Of a stretch of 25,321 nt of DNA, positions 17,273 to 24,918 are shown piece after piece. The notes under the pieces were generated by a model. That model saw only the letters and a program-made list of their open reading frames with translations. It was not told where the DNA came from and did no database searches. Numbering within the stretch: the first letter of the stretch is position 1; each line of letters begins with the position of its first letter. This DNA is from a virus. Its lineage: Duplodnaviria; Caudoviricetes. Made by a program: the position numbers and the translations under genes. The stretch covers positions 1 to 25,321 of the IMG/VR virus record IMGVR_UViG_3300008012_005839. One strand, given 5' to 3'.

Positions 17273-17360
17273 CGCTCATCTCCTCGCCAAAATTTCCAAA
17301 CATCCAATAGATGAATATTCCTAAAGGATAAGCAGCAAACAACATAAAGAAGTATTTCAA
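17169..17360 (-). CDS. Possible 63-aa two-helix membrane protein downstream of cyclase
   Basis: TAAGG then TTG 8 nt later; two hydrophobic stretches; overlaps the + strand ORF by 104 nt. Confidence 0.3.
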   Translation of the reverse strand: MKYFFMLFAAYPLGIFIYWMFGNFGEEMSVKTEYLFAVGCLYALAVIQKIYEAFRFRLAQQRS

Positions 17361-17370
17361 AACGTAAACC

Positions 17371-19440
17371 TTACTTAGTTGTTGCAATAAATGTTCCGTC
17401 CCAATCTTCTGGTAGATCTTGTGTCTTTTGAAATTCACATCGTTCGATCCACATAGAATAATATCCTCTCATCTGTTGATCGAATGCTGTCTCTAATTTC
17501 TTACAAAGAGCAATTGCTTCATCGAACTTCTGTGCTCTATATAACTCATGCATTTCTTCGTGAGCTACTTGAGCATCATACCATTCTTCCATTTTTTCTT
17601 GAGCATCAAGTACTGTGTATATTCCTATACCAACTGACTTACCCTTTACAGCTAGGTCATCGACCTTAAGATAAAAGAAATCATCTTTTGTCTTTTGATA
17701 TGTAGCATCACCGACTAGTAATAAGCAACCATATTCTTTACATTTAGATTCTATACGTGCTGCTGTCGATACTGAATCACCTAATACATCATAACTGTGA
17801 CGAGATGTAGAACCCATCTCACCAAGATAACCTATACCTGTATTGATACCTGCTCCCATGCCAACTGGAGGACGACCTTGTCTTTTTACTTCAATGTTAA
17901 ATTCTTCGACTGCTCTTAACATTTCAATACCTGTTTTTACAGCAGAGTAAGCATGATTAGGATCATCGTTTGGAGCGTTATGAACATGCATACTTGCATC
18001 ACCAATATACTTTATAATCATACCATCTGCATTTAATACTGGTTGTGTAATAGCATCCATATAACCATTCATAAGTTTTGTCAGACCTTGTACATCATCA
18101 CCAAATGATTCTCCTAATGGAGTAAAGCCACGTAAATCTGAGAATAGTATTGATATCTCTCTTTTAGTTCCTTTCTTAATAATGTCTGGATTCTCTTGTA
18201 ACAATTTAACAACTGTTGGTGAACAGTAACCTTCAAATTGTTTCTTAATTCTTTCTTTCTCTTTGTATGTTAAATAGTACTTATTAAATGAAGCATGTGC
18301 AAAGACTAGTAGGGAAGAAATAGCAGAGTAAAATGTATCAAATAGAATAAGGTAATTATTCCAAAGATAGAATCCTGCGTATACTTGTCCCCCAACCAAT
18401 ACACTTACTCCTATTAAAGCAAACCTTGTCGGTGCTTTCCATGTAACAAATAAAACTTTAAGCATTGCTGATAATAAAACAACTAATGCTAATAAATCAT
18501 ACCAATAAGATTTCTTAATGATTGTCTGATTTAAAACAGTTTGTAATAAGTTAGCTTGTACTTCATGTGGGAACATAGCACCAACGGGTGTTGATACTGG
18601 GTTATTAAATCCTTCAGCTGTTAATCCCCAAATGTAAACCTTACCACCTAGATCTTCTGCAACTAAGTCTGATGCTGATACTCTTGGAAACTCGTTCCAA
18701 TAAGATATCAATACGTCACCAGTAGGTGTAGTTGCAAGAGGCGGTTGTCTACCCATTCGTACCCATTCAACTCCGATATCAGGTGTAACTCTTAATTGAT
18801 ATGATGTCTCATCAAAGAATGCTCTTATTGTTTCTAGTACTAATGACGGATATAGCTGATCATTTGCATTGACTAGAAGTGGAGCAGATCTTACAGTTGC
18901 ATCAAAGTTTGGAGTACCTGGTAGGTTAGGAGTTGCATTTGTTACACCAACACCATAAGTGTTAGCTTGCAAAATCGGAAGAGGTGAAATTATGCCAGGA
19001 AAGTTCCAGACATAGTCAGCCGCTGCACCTCCTCCTAAAGTAGCAGTACCTACAAACGGTGCTAATCCTGTTTGAGTTTGTGTCGTAGGTGCTGCTGCTA
19101 GAATAGATAAACGATTAATCAGAGCTTCAGCGAATATTTCATCGCCTCCGAATCTATCTTCTTCTGAAAAGATTTGAGTAAATACATGAACGTTTGATGG
19201 ATCTGTATTCCACATAAGTTCTGCATAAACATCACGTGGCCAAGGATATTGACCATATTGTTCTATTGCTTTCTCATCAATATCAACAAGTACAAAGTCT
19301 GGTACTTTCTCTATTTCATGTGATTGGTGTAAGTAATCAAACCATGACCATTGTATGTTCTCAACAATGTATGGTGAAGATACTTTAAGACTAAAAAGTA
19401 GTATTACTGTAACTAATACTGTCTTCCAACTATACATCAT
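17371..19440 (-). CDS. CHASE2-sensor class III adenylate/guanylate cyclase
   Basis: N-terminal TM; CHASE2 (LVDIDE, G.YPWPR, D.FGGD..F, LYPSL..E, TPVG.M..HEVQAN); 3 TM helices; FSDLRGFT, KYIGDA, G.GINTG, YDVLGD.V..AARIE, VKGK. Confidence 0.92.
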   Translation of the reverse strand: MMYSWKTVLVTVILLFSLKVSSPYIVENIQWSWFDYLHQSHEIEKVPDFVLVDIDEKAIEQYGQYPWPRDVYAELMWNTDPSNVHVFTQIFSEEDRFGGDEIFAEALINRLSILAAAPTTQTQTGLAPFVGTATLGGGAAADYVWNFPGIISPLPILQANTYGVGVTNATPNLPGTPNFDATVRSAPLLVNANDQLYPSLVLETIRAFFDETSYQLRVTPDIGVEWVRMGRQPPLATTPTGDVLISYWNEFPRVSASDLVAEDLGGKVYIWGLTAEGFNNPVSTPVGAMFPHEVQANLLQTVLNQTIIKKSYWYDLLALVVLLSAMLKVLFVTWKAPTRFALIGVSVLVGGQVYAGFYLWNNYLILFDTFYSAISSLLVFAHASFNKYYLTYKEKERIKKQFEGYCSPTVVKLLQENPDIIKKGTKREISILFSDLRGFTPLGESFGDDVQGLTKLMNGYMDAITQPVLNADGMIIKYIGDASMHVHNAPNDDPNHAYSAVKTGIEMLRAVEEFNIEVKRQGRPPVGMGAGINTGIGYLGEMGSTSRHSYDVLGDSVSTAARIESKCKEYGCLLLVGDATYQKTKDDFFYLKVDDLAVKGKSVGIGIYTVLDAQEKMEEWYDAQVAHEEMHELYRAQKFDEAIALCKKLETAFDQQMRGYYSMWIERCEFQKTQDLPEDWDGTFIATTK

Positions 19441-20135
19441 TGTCCTTGTGTTACTGATACACTACAACCACCTACAGTATAACAAGTCTGAGATAGTGAA
19501 TATGATTGTGATGTTGTTCCTTGTTGTGTTAAATTTAATGTTGTAGGGTCTGTACCTGAAAGTGAGATGCTTGCTGAATGCTGTGCCCAAGCACCTTTTT
19601 GTAATACTGATATATCGTTGTAGTCATTATTTGTTTGTAGACCTATTGTTTTTGCACCATCACCTTGCTGTCTTAACCATATATCATTATAACTACTAAA
19701 GATAAGACTTGTAAATGTATGACCACTAGTGCTTCCCTGATTTGTTTGATGACCTTGCAAATGATTATAATTTCCATGTATGTCTAATCTTGCATAATGT
19801 CCGCCACCTTCATTACCATCGTCTCCGTATGTCGTAGATGTTGCATTATCCCATGCCGTTCCCTGGGCCCAACGAATAGTATTATCAGTTCCAGATAAAT
19901 GCCATAATTCAATTACGTTATTTGTTCCTGAGCTATTTTCTTGTATTAAAGTTAACTCAACATTATTACCAGAAACGTATGAACTAGTATCGTACATTTT
20001 AATTATATTATAATCTCCTACCTGTACTACATTTAAATCAAAATAGTTTCCACTTGTTTGTTCGATAGTGATTTCGTTATCTTGTGCCAAAAGAAATGCT
20101 GGCAATAGAAGTATTGCAAGTAATAGATGTTTCAT
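19437..20135 (-). CDS. Secreted curlin-like (CsgA/CsgB-type) beta-solenoid protein
   Basis: Signal peptide MKHLLLAILLLPAFLLA; recurring hxhxQxG..N motifs (VVQVGDYN, WAQG, RQQGDG, LQKG, TQQG); S/T/N/Q/G rich; C-terminal Cys pair. Confidence 0.65.
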   Translation of the reverse strand: MKHLLLAILLLPAFLLAQDNEITIEQTSGNYFDLNVVQVGDYNIIKMYDTSSYVSGNNVELTLIQENSSGTNNVIELWHLSGTDNTIRWAQGTAWDNATSTTYGDDGNEGGGHYARLDIHGNYNHLQGHQTNQGSTSGHTFTSLIFSSYNDIWLRQQGDGAKTIGLQTNNDYNDISVLQKGAWAQHSASISLSGTDPTTLNLTQQGTTSQSYSLSQTCYTVGGCSVSVTQGQ

Positions 20136-20140
20136 GTATC

Positions 20141-20152
20141 TATTTATAAATA
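20141..20152. promoter_or_regulatory. Palindromic TATTTATAAATA containing late promoters on both strands
   Basis: Minus-strand TATAAATA (20148-20141) is 5 nt before the curlin ATG; plus-strand copy at 20145-20152. Confidence 0.7.
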
Positions 20153-20554
20153 TTCGAAATTATTCGTGGTCTCGTTTTCAGATACGAGCTCTGCTCCATT
20201 ACGAATGTGGAACCTTTCTGCCATTGCTGTTTTAGGACTCATTGTTACGAATCGAGACATTCCTCTTTTTCGTGCTTCCTCTATGACTCTTAATACGATA
20301 TCTCTACCTGCACCTTTTTGATATGACCATACAGAATAGAATACAGCGATATCACCAGGTTTACTTTCAAGCAATCCCTGTTCGGTCTTTGGTACTTTAT
20401 TACAGAATGCTACACATATAACTGCATTCTCTGTTTGAAACATTTGGAAATGATTTTGTTGTCGTACTGAGGCAGGGATATTAGGTCGGACTGGATCATC
20501 CTTTACTAACTTCTCTGCTAATTCCAGAGGAATTTTATCTAATAATATAGTCAT
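20144..20554 (-). CDS. GNAT-fold protein with malonyl-CoA decarboxylase-like motifs
   Basis: AVFYSVWS, KGAG, FVTMSP, RFHIRNGA. Confidence 0.55.
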   Translation of the reverse strand: MTILLDKIPLELAEKLVKDDPVRPNIPASVRQQNHFQMFQTENAVICVAFCNKVPKTEQGLLESKPGDIAVFYSVWSYQKGAGRDIVLRVIEEARKRGMSRFVTMSPKTAMAERFHIRNGAELVSENETTNNFEYL

Positions 20555-20576
20555 AACAAAAATTATTTATTAAGTA

Positions 20577-21341
20577 TTATTTATCTACCAATATTATGTC
20601 AAAAGTTGATGATATATTTGTGCCTGTTGAAGCAATTGCTCTAACCTCAATATCTGTTTTTTCTGGTAAACGAAACGGTACTTCATATATTCTTTGATGA
20701 AGTCCACCTGGAACGTCCATAACATCTCTTGTTCTAAAAATTAAACCAGTATCCACTTCTCTCGTATATAAGTTAGCAGTTACGGAATCATTATAAGCAC
20801 CTACTCCTATATTCCAGGTTTTCACATAACCTGTTTTACCAGCAGGTATTGTATAGAGTGCTAAATTTGTTTGTCCTTGACCATATACTGTACCTGTTCC
20901 AACTGTTGCAATTTTTGCCAATACTGTACCAGTACCACTTGCACCTGTTGATATCAACACATCGCCTTTATTAGTTTGTAATGAACCAGCAGAAGCAACA
21001 AATGCTCTATAAACTCTCAAAAATGATTGAGTTGAAACTGCACCATCTACTGTAAGTGTTTCTTCAATCTCATTATAGTTAGCATCTAATCCTTGAACTG
21101 TAACTGTTCTTGCACCTGTTCCAGCAGCACCATCTTGTGCATCAGCACCATATACATAAATTGTTGAAGCAACTGTTAGGTAAGTGTAAATTCCACCTTG
21201 TTCCCATATTGTTTCTGGAGCACCACCTACATTTGGATTTCTACCAAATTTATGAATGTTAGTAGTACCAAGTATTCGTCCCTCGCTGAGGTCGATTAAT
21301 TCTGATATTGCAGTATTTGCTAAATATTTACTTATTGCCAT
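20577..21341 (-). CDS. Late hypothetical beta-rich protein (possibly virion-associated)
   Basis: G/T/A-rich; KFG.N, ETIW, GTGARTV...GLD; ATG 21341 follows a late promoter. Confidence 0.55.
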   Translation of the reverse strand: MAISKYLANTAISELIDLSEGRILGTTNIHKFGRNPNVGGAPETIWEQGGIYTYLTVASTIYVYGADAQDGAAGTGARTVTVQGLDANYNEIEETLTVDGAVSTQSFLRVYRAFVASAGSLQTNKGDVLISTGASGTGTVLAKIATVGTGTVYGQGQTNLALYTIPAGKTGYVKTWNIGVGAYNDSVTANLYTREVDTGLIFRTRDVMDVPGGLHQRIYEVPFRLPEKTDIEVRAIASTGTNISSTFDIILVDK

Positions 21342-21345
21342 GTTA

Positions 21346-21353
21346 TATTTATA
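21346..21353 (-). promoter_or_regulatory. T4-type late promoter TATAAATA
   Basis: Exact consensus on minus strand, 4 nt before ATG 21341. Confidence 0.7.
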
Positions 21354-21429
21354 CAAGTTGTTGATTTTATTAGAAAAAGAAAATCTCTAATAAAATCATA
21401 TACTTGTGCAAGTAGTTGATTTTATTGGA
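21354..21429. repeat. Three 21-bp copies in alternating orientation
   Basis: CAAGTTGTTGATTTTATTAGA (+, 21354-21374), CAAGTATATGATTTTATTAGA (-, 21386-21406), CAAGTAGTTGATTTTATTGGA (+, 21409-21429). Confidence 0.9.
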
Positions 21430-21449
21430 GTTATAGTTACTAAAAAACA

Positions 21450-21477
21450 TGTACAACTTCTGCCAATATGGGATAAT
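21450..21477 (+). promoter_or_regulatory. Sigma70-like early promoter
   Basis: TGTACA-N16-GATAAT with TGn extension; AT-rich upstream region. Confidence 0.6.
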
Positions 21478-21499
21478 AGACCTAAATAAAGGAGATTAT

Positions 21500-21691
21500 A
21501 TGTTAGAAACTAAAATCGTAAAAGGAAAAGAAATAAAGAAGTTTAAACCTTCACCACTTGCAATCAAAGTAACACATTTGGCTCGCGATGAGTGGGATTT
21601 ACAAGATCTTGATTGGATTATAGACGCAATCAAATTACATAAGATGAATGTACAACAAGAACAACTTATAAGGAGCTCATATGCAAAATAG
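21500..21691 (+). CDS. Early hypothetical protein
   Basis: Strong SD AAGGAG before ATG 21500; the track start at 21449 lies within the promoter. Confidence 0.7.
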   Translation: MLETKIVKGKEIKKFKPSPLAIKVTHLARDEWDLQDLDWIIDAIKLHKMNVQQEQLIRSSYAK

Positions 21692-22109
21692 AACAGAAAA
21701 TTTTATGTTTAGAATCGGTGATTATCAAGATGCTGAAGGATGGCAAAAAATTGATATGATCAAAAAAGCAGTAAAACAAGCAAACAAACAAATACGTGAA
21801 GACTATGCAAAAGAGTTTCCACCATCTGATATGTTTAGAAACTTCAAACCAACTACACTTCGTGTATGTCTAAAAGGACGTAAACCAAAACAAAAGTTTG
21901 AAAGACGATTATGGAGTTGGAAAGAAGATAAGTTTGTTACTAAACTTCGTGGTCACTCACATTTTGGTGATATCTTAGGTGGACTAGAAAATGCAGGAAA
22001 AATTGATGTATATCTACAATATCGATATCCTGAAAAGTTTGTTCCAGGATTTTCCACCGTCTTTGCAAAGAAATTCCGTACAGTTATAGCTGCAGCTTTT
22101 TCAGAATAA
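21681..22109 (+). CDS. Early hypothetical protein
   Basis: SD AAGGAG; basic ORF overlapping neighbours. Confidence 0.7.
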   Translation: MQNRTENFMFRIGDYQDAEGWQKIDMIKKAVKQANKQIREDYAKEFPPSDMFRNFKPTTLRVCLKGRKPKQKFERRLWSWKEDKFVTKLRGHSHFGDILGGLENAGKIDVYLQYRYPEKFVPGFSTVFAKKFRTVIAAAFSE

Positions 22110-22357
22110 TGGATATTAAAGAAGTAGAAAAACTCAGTTTAGACGAAGCTAAAAAAGTAGCTTTAGAAAAGATTGATAGTTTACCAAATAGAACTATCAA
22201 TCAAAAGCTACGCAATAATAGACTGAGAGAAGACATCAATAGTTATACATCAATGACTCAAGTTATTGGAACACTATATAGATTACAGCTTGCAAACGAA
22301 GGTATGCATGTAACTGGATCTAAATGGCAAGAAAAGTATAAAAAAGGTGTACATTAA
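22109..22357 (+). CDS. Early hypothetical protein
   Basis: TAATG stop/start coupling. Confidence 0.65.
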   Translation: MDIKEVEKLSLDEAKKVALEKIDSLPNRTINQKLRNNRLREDINSYTSMTQVIGTLYRLQLANEGMHVTGSKWQEKYKKGVH

Positions 22358-22376
22358 GGTAAATTTGTGATATACT
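22348..22376 (+). promoter_or_regulatory. Sigma70-like early promoter
   Basis: TGTACA-N17-TATACT with TGTGA extension. Confidence 0.75.
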
Positions 22377-22386
22377 GGTACCAGCT

Positions 22387-22722
22387 ATGGCAATGATATA
22401 TTGTAACTCAGTAAACTACGATTATTCTGGTAGACGACGTAAAAGGGTGATGCGTGCAAAGCGCAAATCTACTCCTTTATCTTCCTTCAAAACCCTTACG
22501 TCGTCTACATCTCCCCTTGTTTTAGCACAACTTAAAAAACAAAGAGAGATTAAGTCTTTAGATATCACTGACTTCAAAGATTTATCACACATGAAAAGGA
22601 AGGAAACAAATCAATATACAGGAGACGAATTACTTGGTATTGCAACTATGCATAAATCAAATGCAGTACCAGTATCTAAAAACACAGACGCAAAAATATT
22701 TGCAACAATGAGAAGAAATTAA
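22387..22722 (+). CDS. Basic hypothetical protein
   Basis: Arg/Lys-rich N-terminus; C-terminal YTG...GIATMHKSNAVPV block recalled from T4-like phage hypotheticals. Confidence 0.7.
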   Translation: MAMIYCNSVNYDYSGRRRKRVMRAKRKSTPLSSFKTLTSSTSPLVLAQLKKQREIKSLDITDFKDLSHMKRKETNQYTGDELLGIATMHKSNAVPVSKNTDAKIFATMRRN

Positions 22723-22725
22723 ATG

Positions 22726-22754
22726 TATACAATAAACAAAAAACTTGATATAAT
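22726..22754 (+). promoter_or_regulatory. Sigma70-like early promoter for nucleotide cluster
   Basis: TATACA-N17-TATAAT with TGa extension. Confidence 0.7.
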
Positions 22755-22762
22755 GGAGTATT

Positions 22763-23161
22763 ATGAGCAATAATTGGGTAAAAGACATCAATAAGATGCA
22801 CAAGAAATATGGTGTACATGATTGGATTAAGAAAAATCCAGGATCGTACAGAGACTATCTATCATTTAGGATCAGATTTATACAAGAGGAACTAGATGAG
22901 TTAAAACAAGCAGAACTACATCGTGATAACGAAGAAGTTGTCGATGCACTCATCGATATCTGTGTTGTTGCGATTGGAACTCTCGATGCCTTTGGTGTTA
23001 ACGCATATGAGGCATGGGACGAAGTCTTTAAAGCCAACATGAATAAATTTGTTGGTACAAAGCAAAATCGACCTAATCCACTTGGATTGCCAGACTTGGC
23101 TAAACCAAATGATTGGGTTCCACCATCACATATAGGTAATCATGGCAAATTACCAAAATAG
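22763..23161 (+). CDS. MazG/PRA-PH-like all-alpha NTP pyrophosphohydrolase
   Basis: R..FIQEELDE, E.VDALID, W.EV..ANM.K, KP..W..P. Confidence 0.85.
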   Translation: MSNNWVKDINKMHKKYGVHDWIKKNPGSYRDYLSFRIRFIQEELDELKQAELHRDNEEVVDALIDICVVAIGTLDAFGVNAYEAWDEVFKANMNKFVGTKQNRPNPLGLPDLAKPNDWVPPSHIGNHGKLPK

Positions 23162-23169
23162 GAGATATA

Positions 23170-23502
23170 ATGAAATACGACGACGACATCAAAGAAAAAC
23201 CACCAATACATCTTATACCGACTGAAGTACTAAGATCAGTTGCTACTGTACTCGGTTTCGGTGCCAAAAAATATGCTGAGCATAATTGGCGAGATGACTT
23301 AAACGTGACTGCACAAAGCAGAACATATTCATCAATTCAACGACATCTGTTTGCATGGCTAGAAGGTCAAGATATCGATCCTGATAGTGGCCTTCATCAT
23401 ATCGATCATGCTATCACGCAAGCAATAATTCTTAAAATGTCCATTTTATATGCTCCTGAAATGGATGATCGTTACACAACTACGAGAGGTAAAGATGTTT
23501 AG
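23170..23502 (+). CDS. dATP/dGTP diphosphohydrolase-like (DUF5664)
   Basis: K....LIP, V..VL.FGAKKY..HNW, RH..AW..G.D.D.DSGL.H..HA. Confidence 0.8.
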   Translation: MKYDDDIKEKPPIHLIPTEVLRSVATVLGFGAKKYAEHNWRDDLNVTAQSRTYSSIQRHLFAWLEGQDIDPDSGLHHIDHAITQAIILKMSILYAPEMDDRYTTTRGKDV

Positions 23503-24199
23503 ACTAACAGTAAAAGATATCCAAAGCAAATTCGTTTGGAACTATCGTAATGAGATGTTTGTTACTGATAAGACTGGTGTAAAAATGCTAGAGATACCAG
23601 CAGCATCATTCTTATGTACTGAACCAGCGATCTTTGGTGTACCAAATGAAGATTACATAGAACGTGAAATTGGTTGGTATATGAACCAATCACTTAATGT
23701 AAACGATATTCCTGGTGGCCCTCCAGAAATATGGAAACAAGTTGCAGATAAAGATGGTTACATCAATTCCAATTATGGTTGGTGTATCTTTGCTGAAGAA
23801 AATGGCAATCAATATTCGCATGTGTTGGACGAATTATCACAGAATCCTAATAGTCGTCGTGCTGTGATGATATATACTCGTCCAACCATGCATCAAGATT
23901 ATAGTACAAATGGAATGTCAGATTTCATGTGTACTAATGCTGTACAATATATGATAAGAGATGGCTATCTCGAAGTCATTGTACAGATGCGAAGTAACGA
24001 TGTTATTTTTGGTTATCGTAACGACTTCGCCTGGCAAAACTATATTGCCAGTAAATTACAAAATGAACTTAATCTAAAAGGTAGAAACATATATTGGCAA
24101 GTTGGGAGTTTACACATTTATGAACGACATTTCAATTACGTGGAAGAAAAGATATCTGAGCTTGGCATCGGAAATAGCTCAATGGTCGAAGGATCCTAG
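23495..24199 (+). CDS. 42: dCMP hydroxymethylase (T4 gp42-like, thymidylate synthase superfamily)
   Basis: DKTGVK, Y..RE..WY, INSNYGW, SRR..MIYTRP, MSDFMCTN.VQY, MRSND..FG.RND.AWQ, GSLH.Y.RHF all match recalled T4 gp42; Asp in RND indicates dCMP specificity. Confidence 0.9.
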   Translation: MFRLTVKDIQSKFVWNYRNEMFVTDKTGVKMLEIPAASFLCTEPAIFGVPNEDYIEREIGWYMNQSLNVNDIPGGPPEIWKQVADKDGYINSNYGWCIFAEENGNQYSHVLDELSQNPNSRRAVMIYTRPTMHQDYSTNGMSDFMCTNAVQYMIRDGYLEVIVQMRSNDVIFGYRNDFAWQNYIASKLQNELNLKGRNIYWQVGSLHIYERHFNYVEEKISELGIGNSSMVEGS

Positions 24200-24569
24200 A
24201 ACTAAAGTCGGTGCTGTAGCTGTTGGTGGCGTAGGTCAAATCCTTGCTACTGGATTTAATGGCTTTCCTAGAAACATACAAGACTCTGATTACAGATTAA
24301 AAGTCAGAGAAATTAAAAATAAACTTGTTGTACATGCAGAACAGAATTGTATTTACAACGCTACAATTAATGGAGTATCTCTTGAGGGTTCTACATTATT
24401 TGTATCTGGGTTACATATCTGTAGAGAATGTGCAAAGGGTATTATACAAGTTGGTATAAGTAAAGTCGTATTATCACAATTAGAGATTGTTAAAGAAGGC
24501 TGGGAAGAATCAATACAAGAAGCAAAAGATATGATGCTTGAAGCTGGTGTAGTAATAGAGGAAATATAA
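24120..24569 (+). CDS. cd: dCMP deaminase
   Basis: WSKDP.TKVGA, GFNGFPR, VHAE.N, C.ECAK.IIQ.GI. Confidence 0.92.
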   Translation: MNDISITWKKRYLSLASEIAQWSKDPRTKVGAVAVGGVGQILATGFNGFPRNIQDSDYRLKVREIKNKLVVHAEQNCIYNATINGVSLEGSTLFVSGLHICRECAKGIIQVGISKVVLSQLEIVKEGWEESIQEAKDMMLEAGVVIEEI

Positions 24570-24916
24570 TGTTTAGACGTACTACAAAAACAACTGGAAC
24601 TAAAACTAGAAACGTTAAACGTACTAGAACAGATAATACTAATGGAACGACTACGTTTAGCACGAGTGTAGGAAACAGAAATCATAGAATGACTCAGTCA
24701 TTCAACAGCAAAGGTCAAAGTAGAACACAGGTTACAGTTCGAAGAGCTGGAGGTTGGATAGAGAGAACAACAGTTTCTTCTTCATCAGTGGTTCGGCCAA
24801 AAAAGAGAAAGAGTTATAAGAGAATGAATAAATGGGAAAAGTTTAAAACTAACTTAAGTTATTTTTTTATATTTTTATTTTTTATATACGCAATATTTGT
24901 ATCAGGTGGAAATTAA
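24569..24916 (+). CDS. Basic Thr/Arg-rich protein with C-terminal TM anchor
   Basis: R/K/T-rich N-terminus; YFFIFLFFIYAIFV tail. Confidence 0.6.
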   Translation: MFRRTTKTTGTKTRNVKRTRTDNTNGTTTFSTSVGNRNHRMTQSFNSKGQSRTQVTVRRAGGWIERTTVSSSSVVRPKKRKSYKRMNKWEKFKTNLSYFFIFLFFIYAIFVSGGN

Positions 24917-24918
24917 TT

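Noticed and set aside
17371-19440. Pycsar/CBASS defence cyclase
   Set aside because: Architecture is a CHASE2 membrane receptor with adenine-type specificity residues, and no cNMP-binding effector is adjacent
23495-24199. Ordinary thymidylate synthase
   Set aside because: Has Asp (RND) at the specificity position where ThyA has Asn, and follows T4 gp42 motifs throughout
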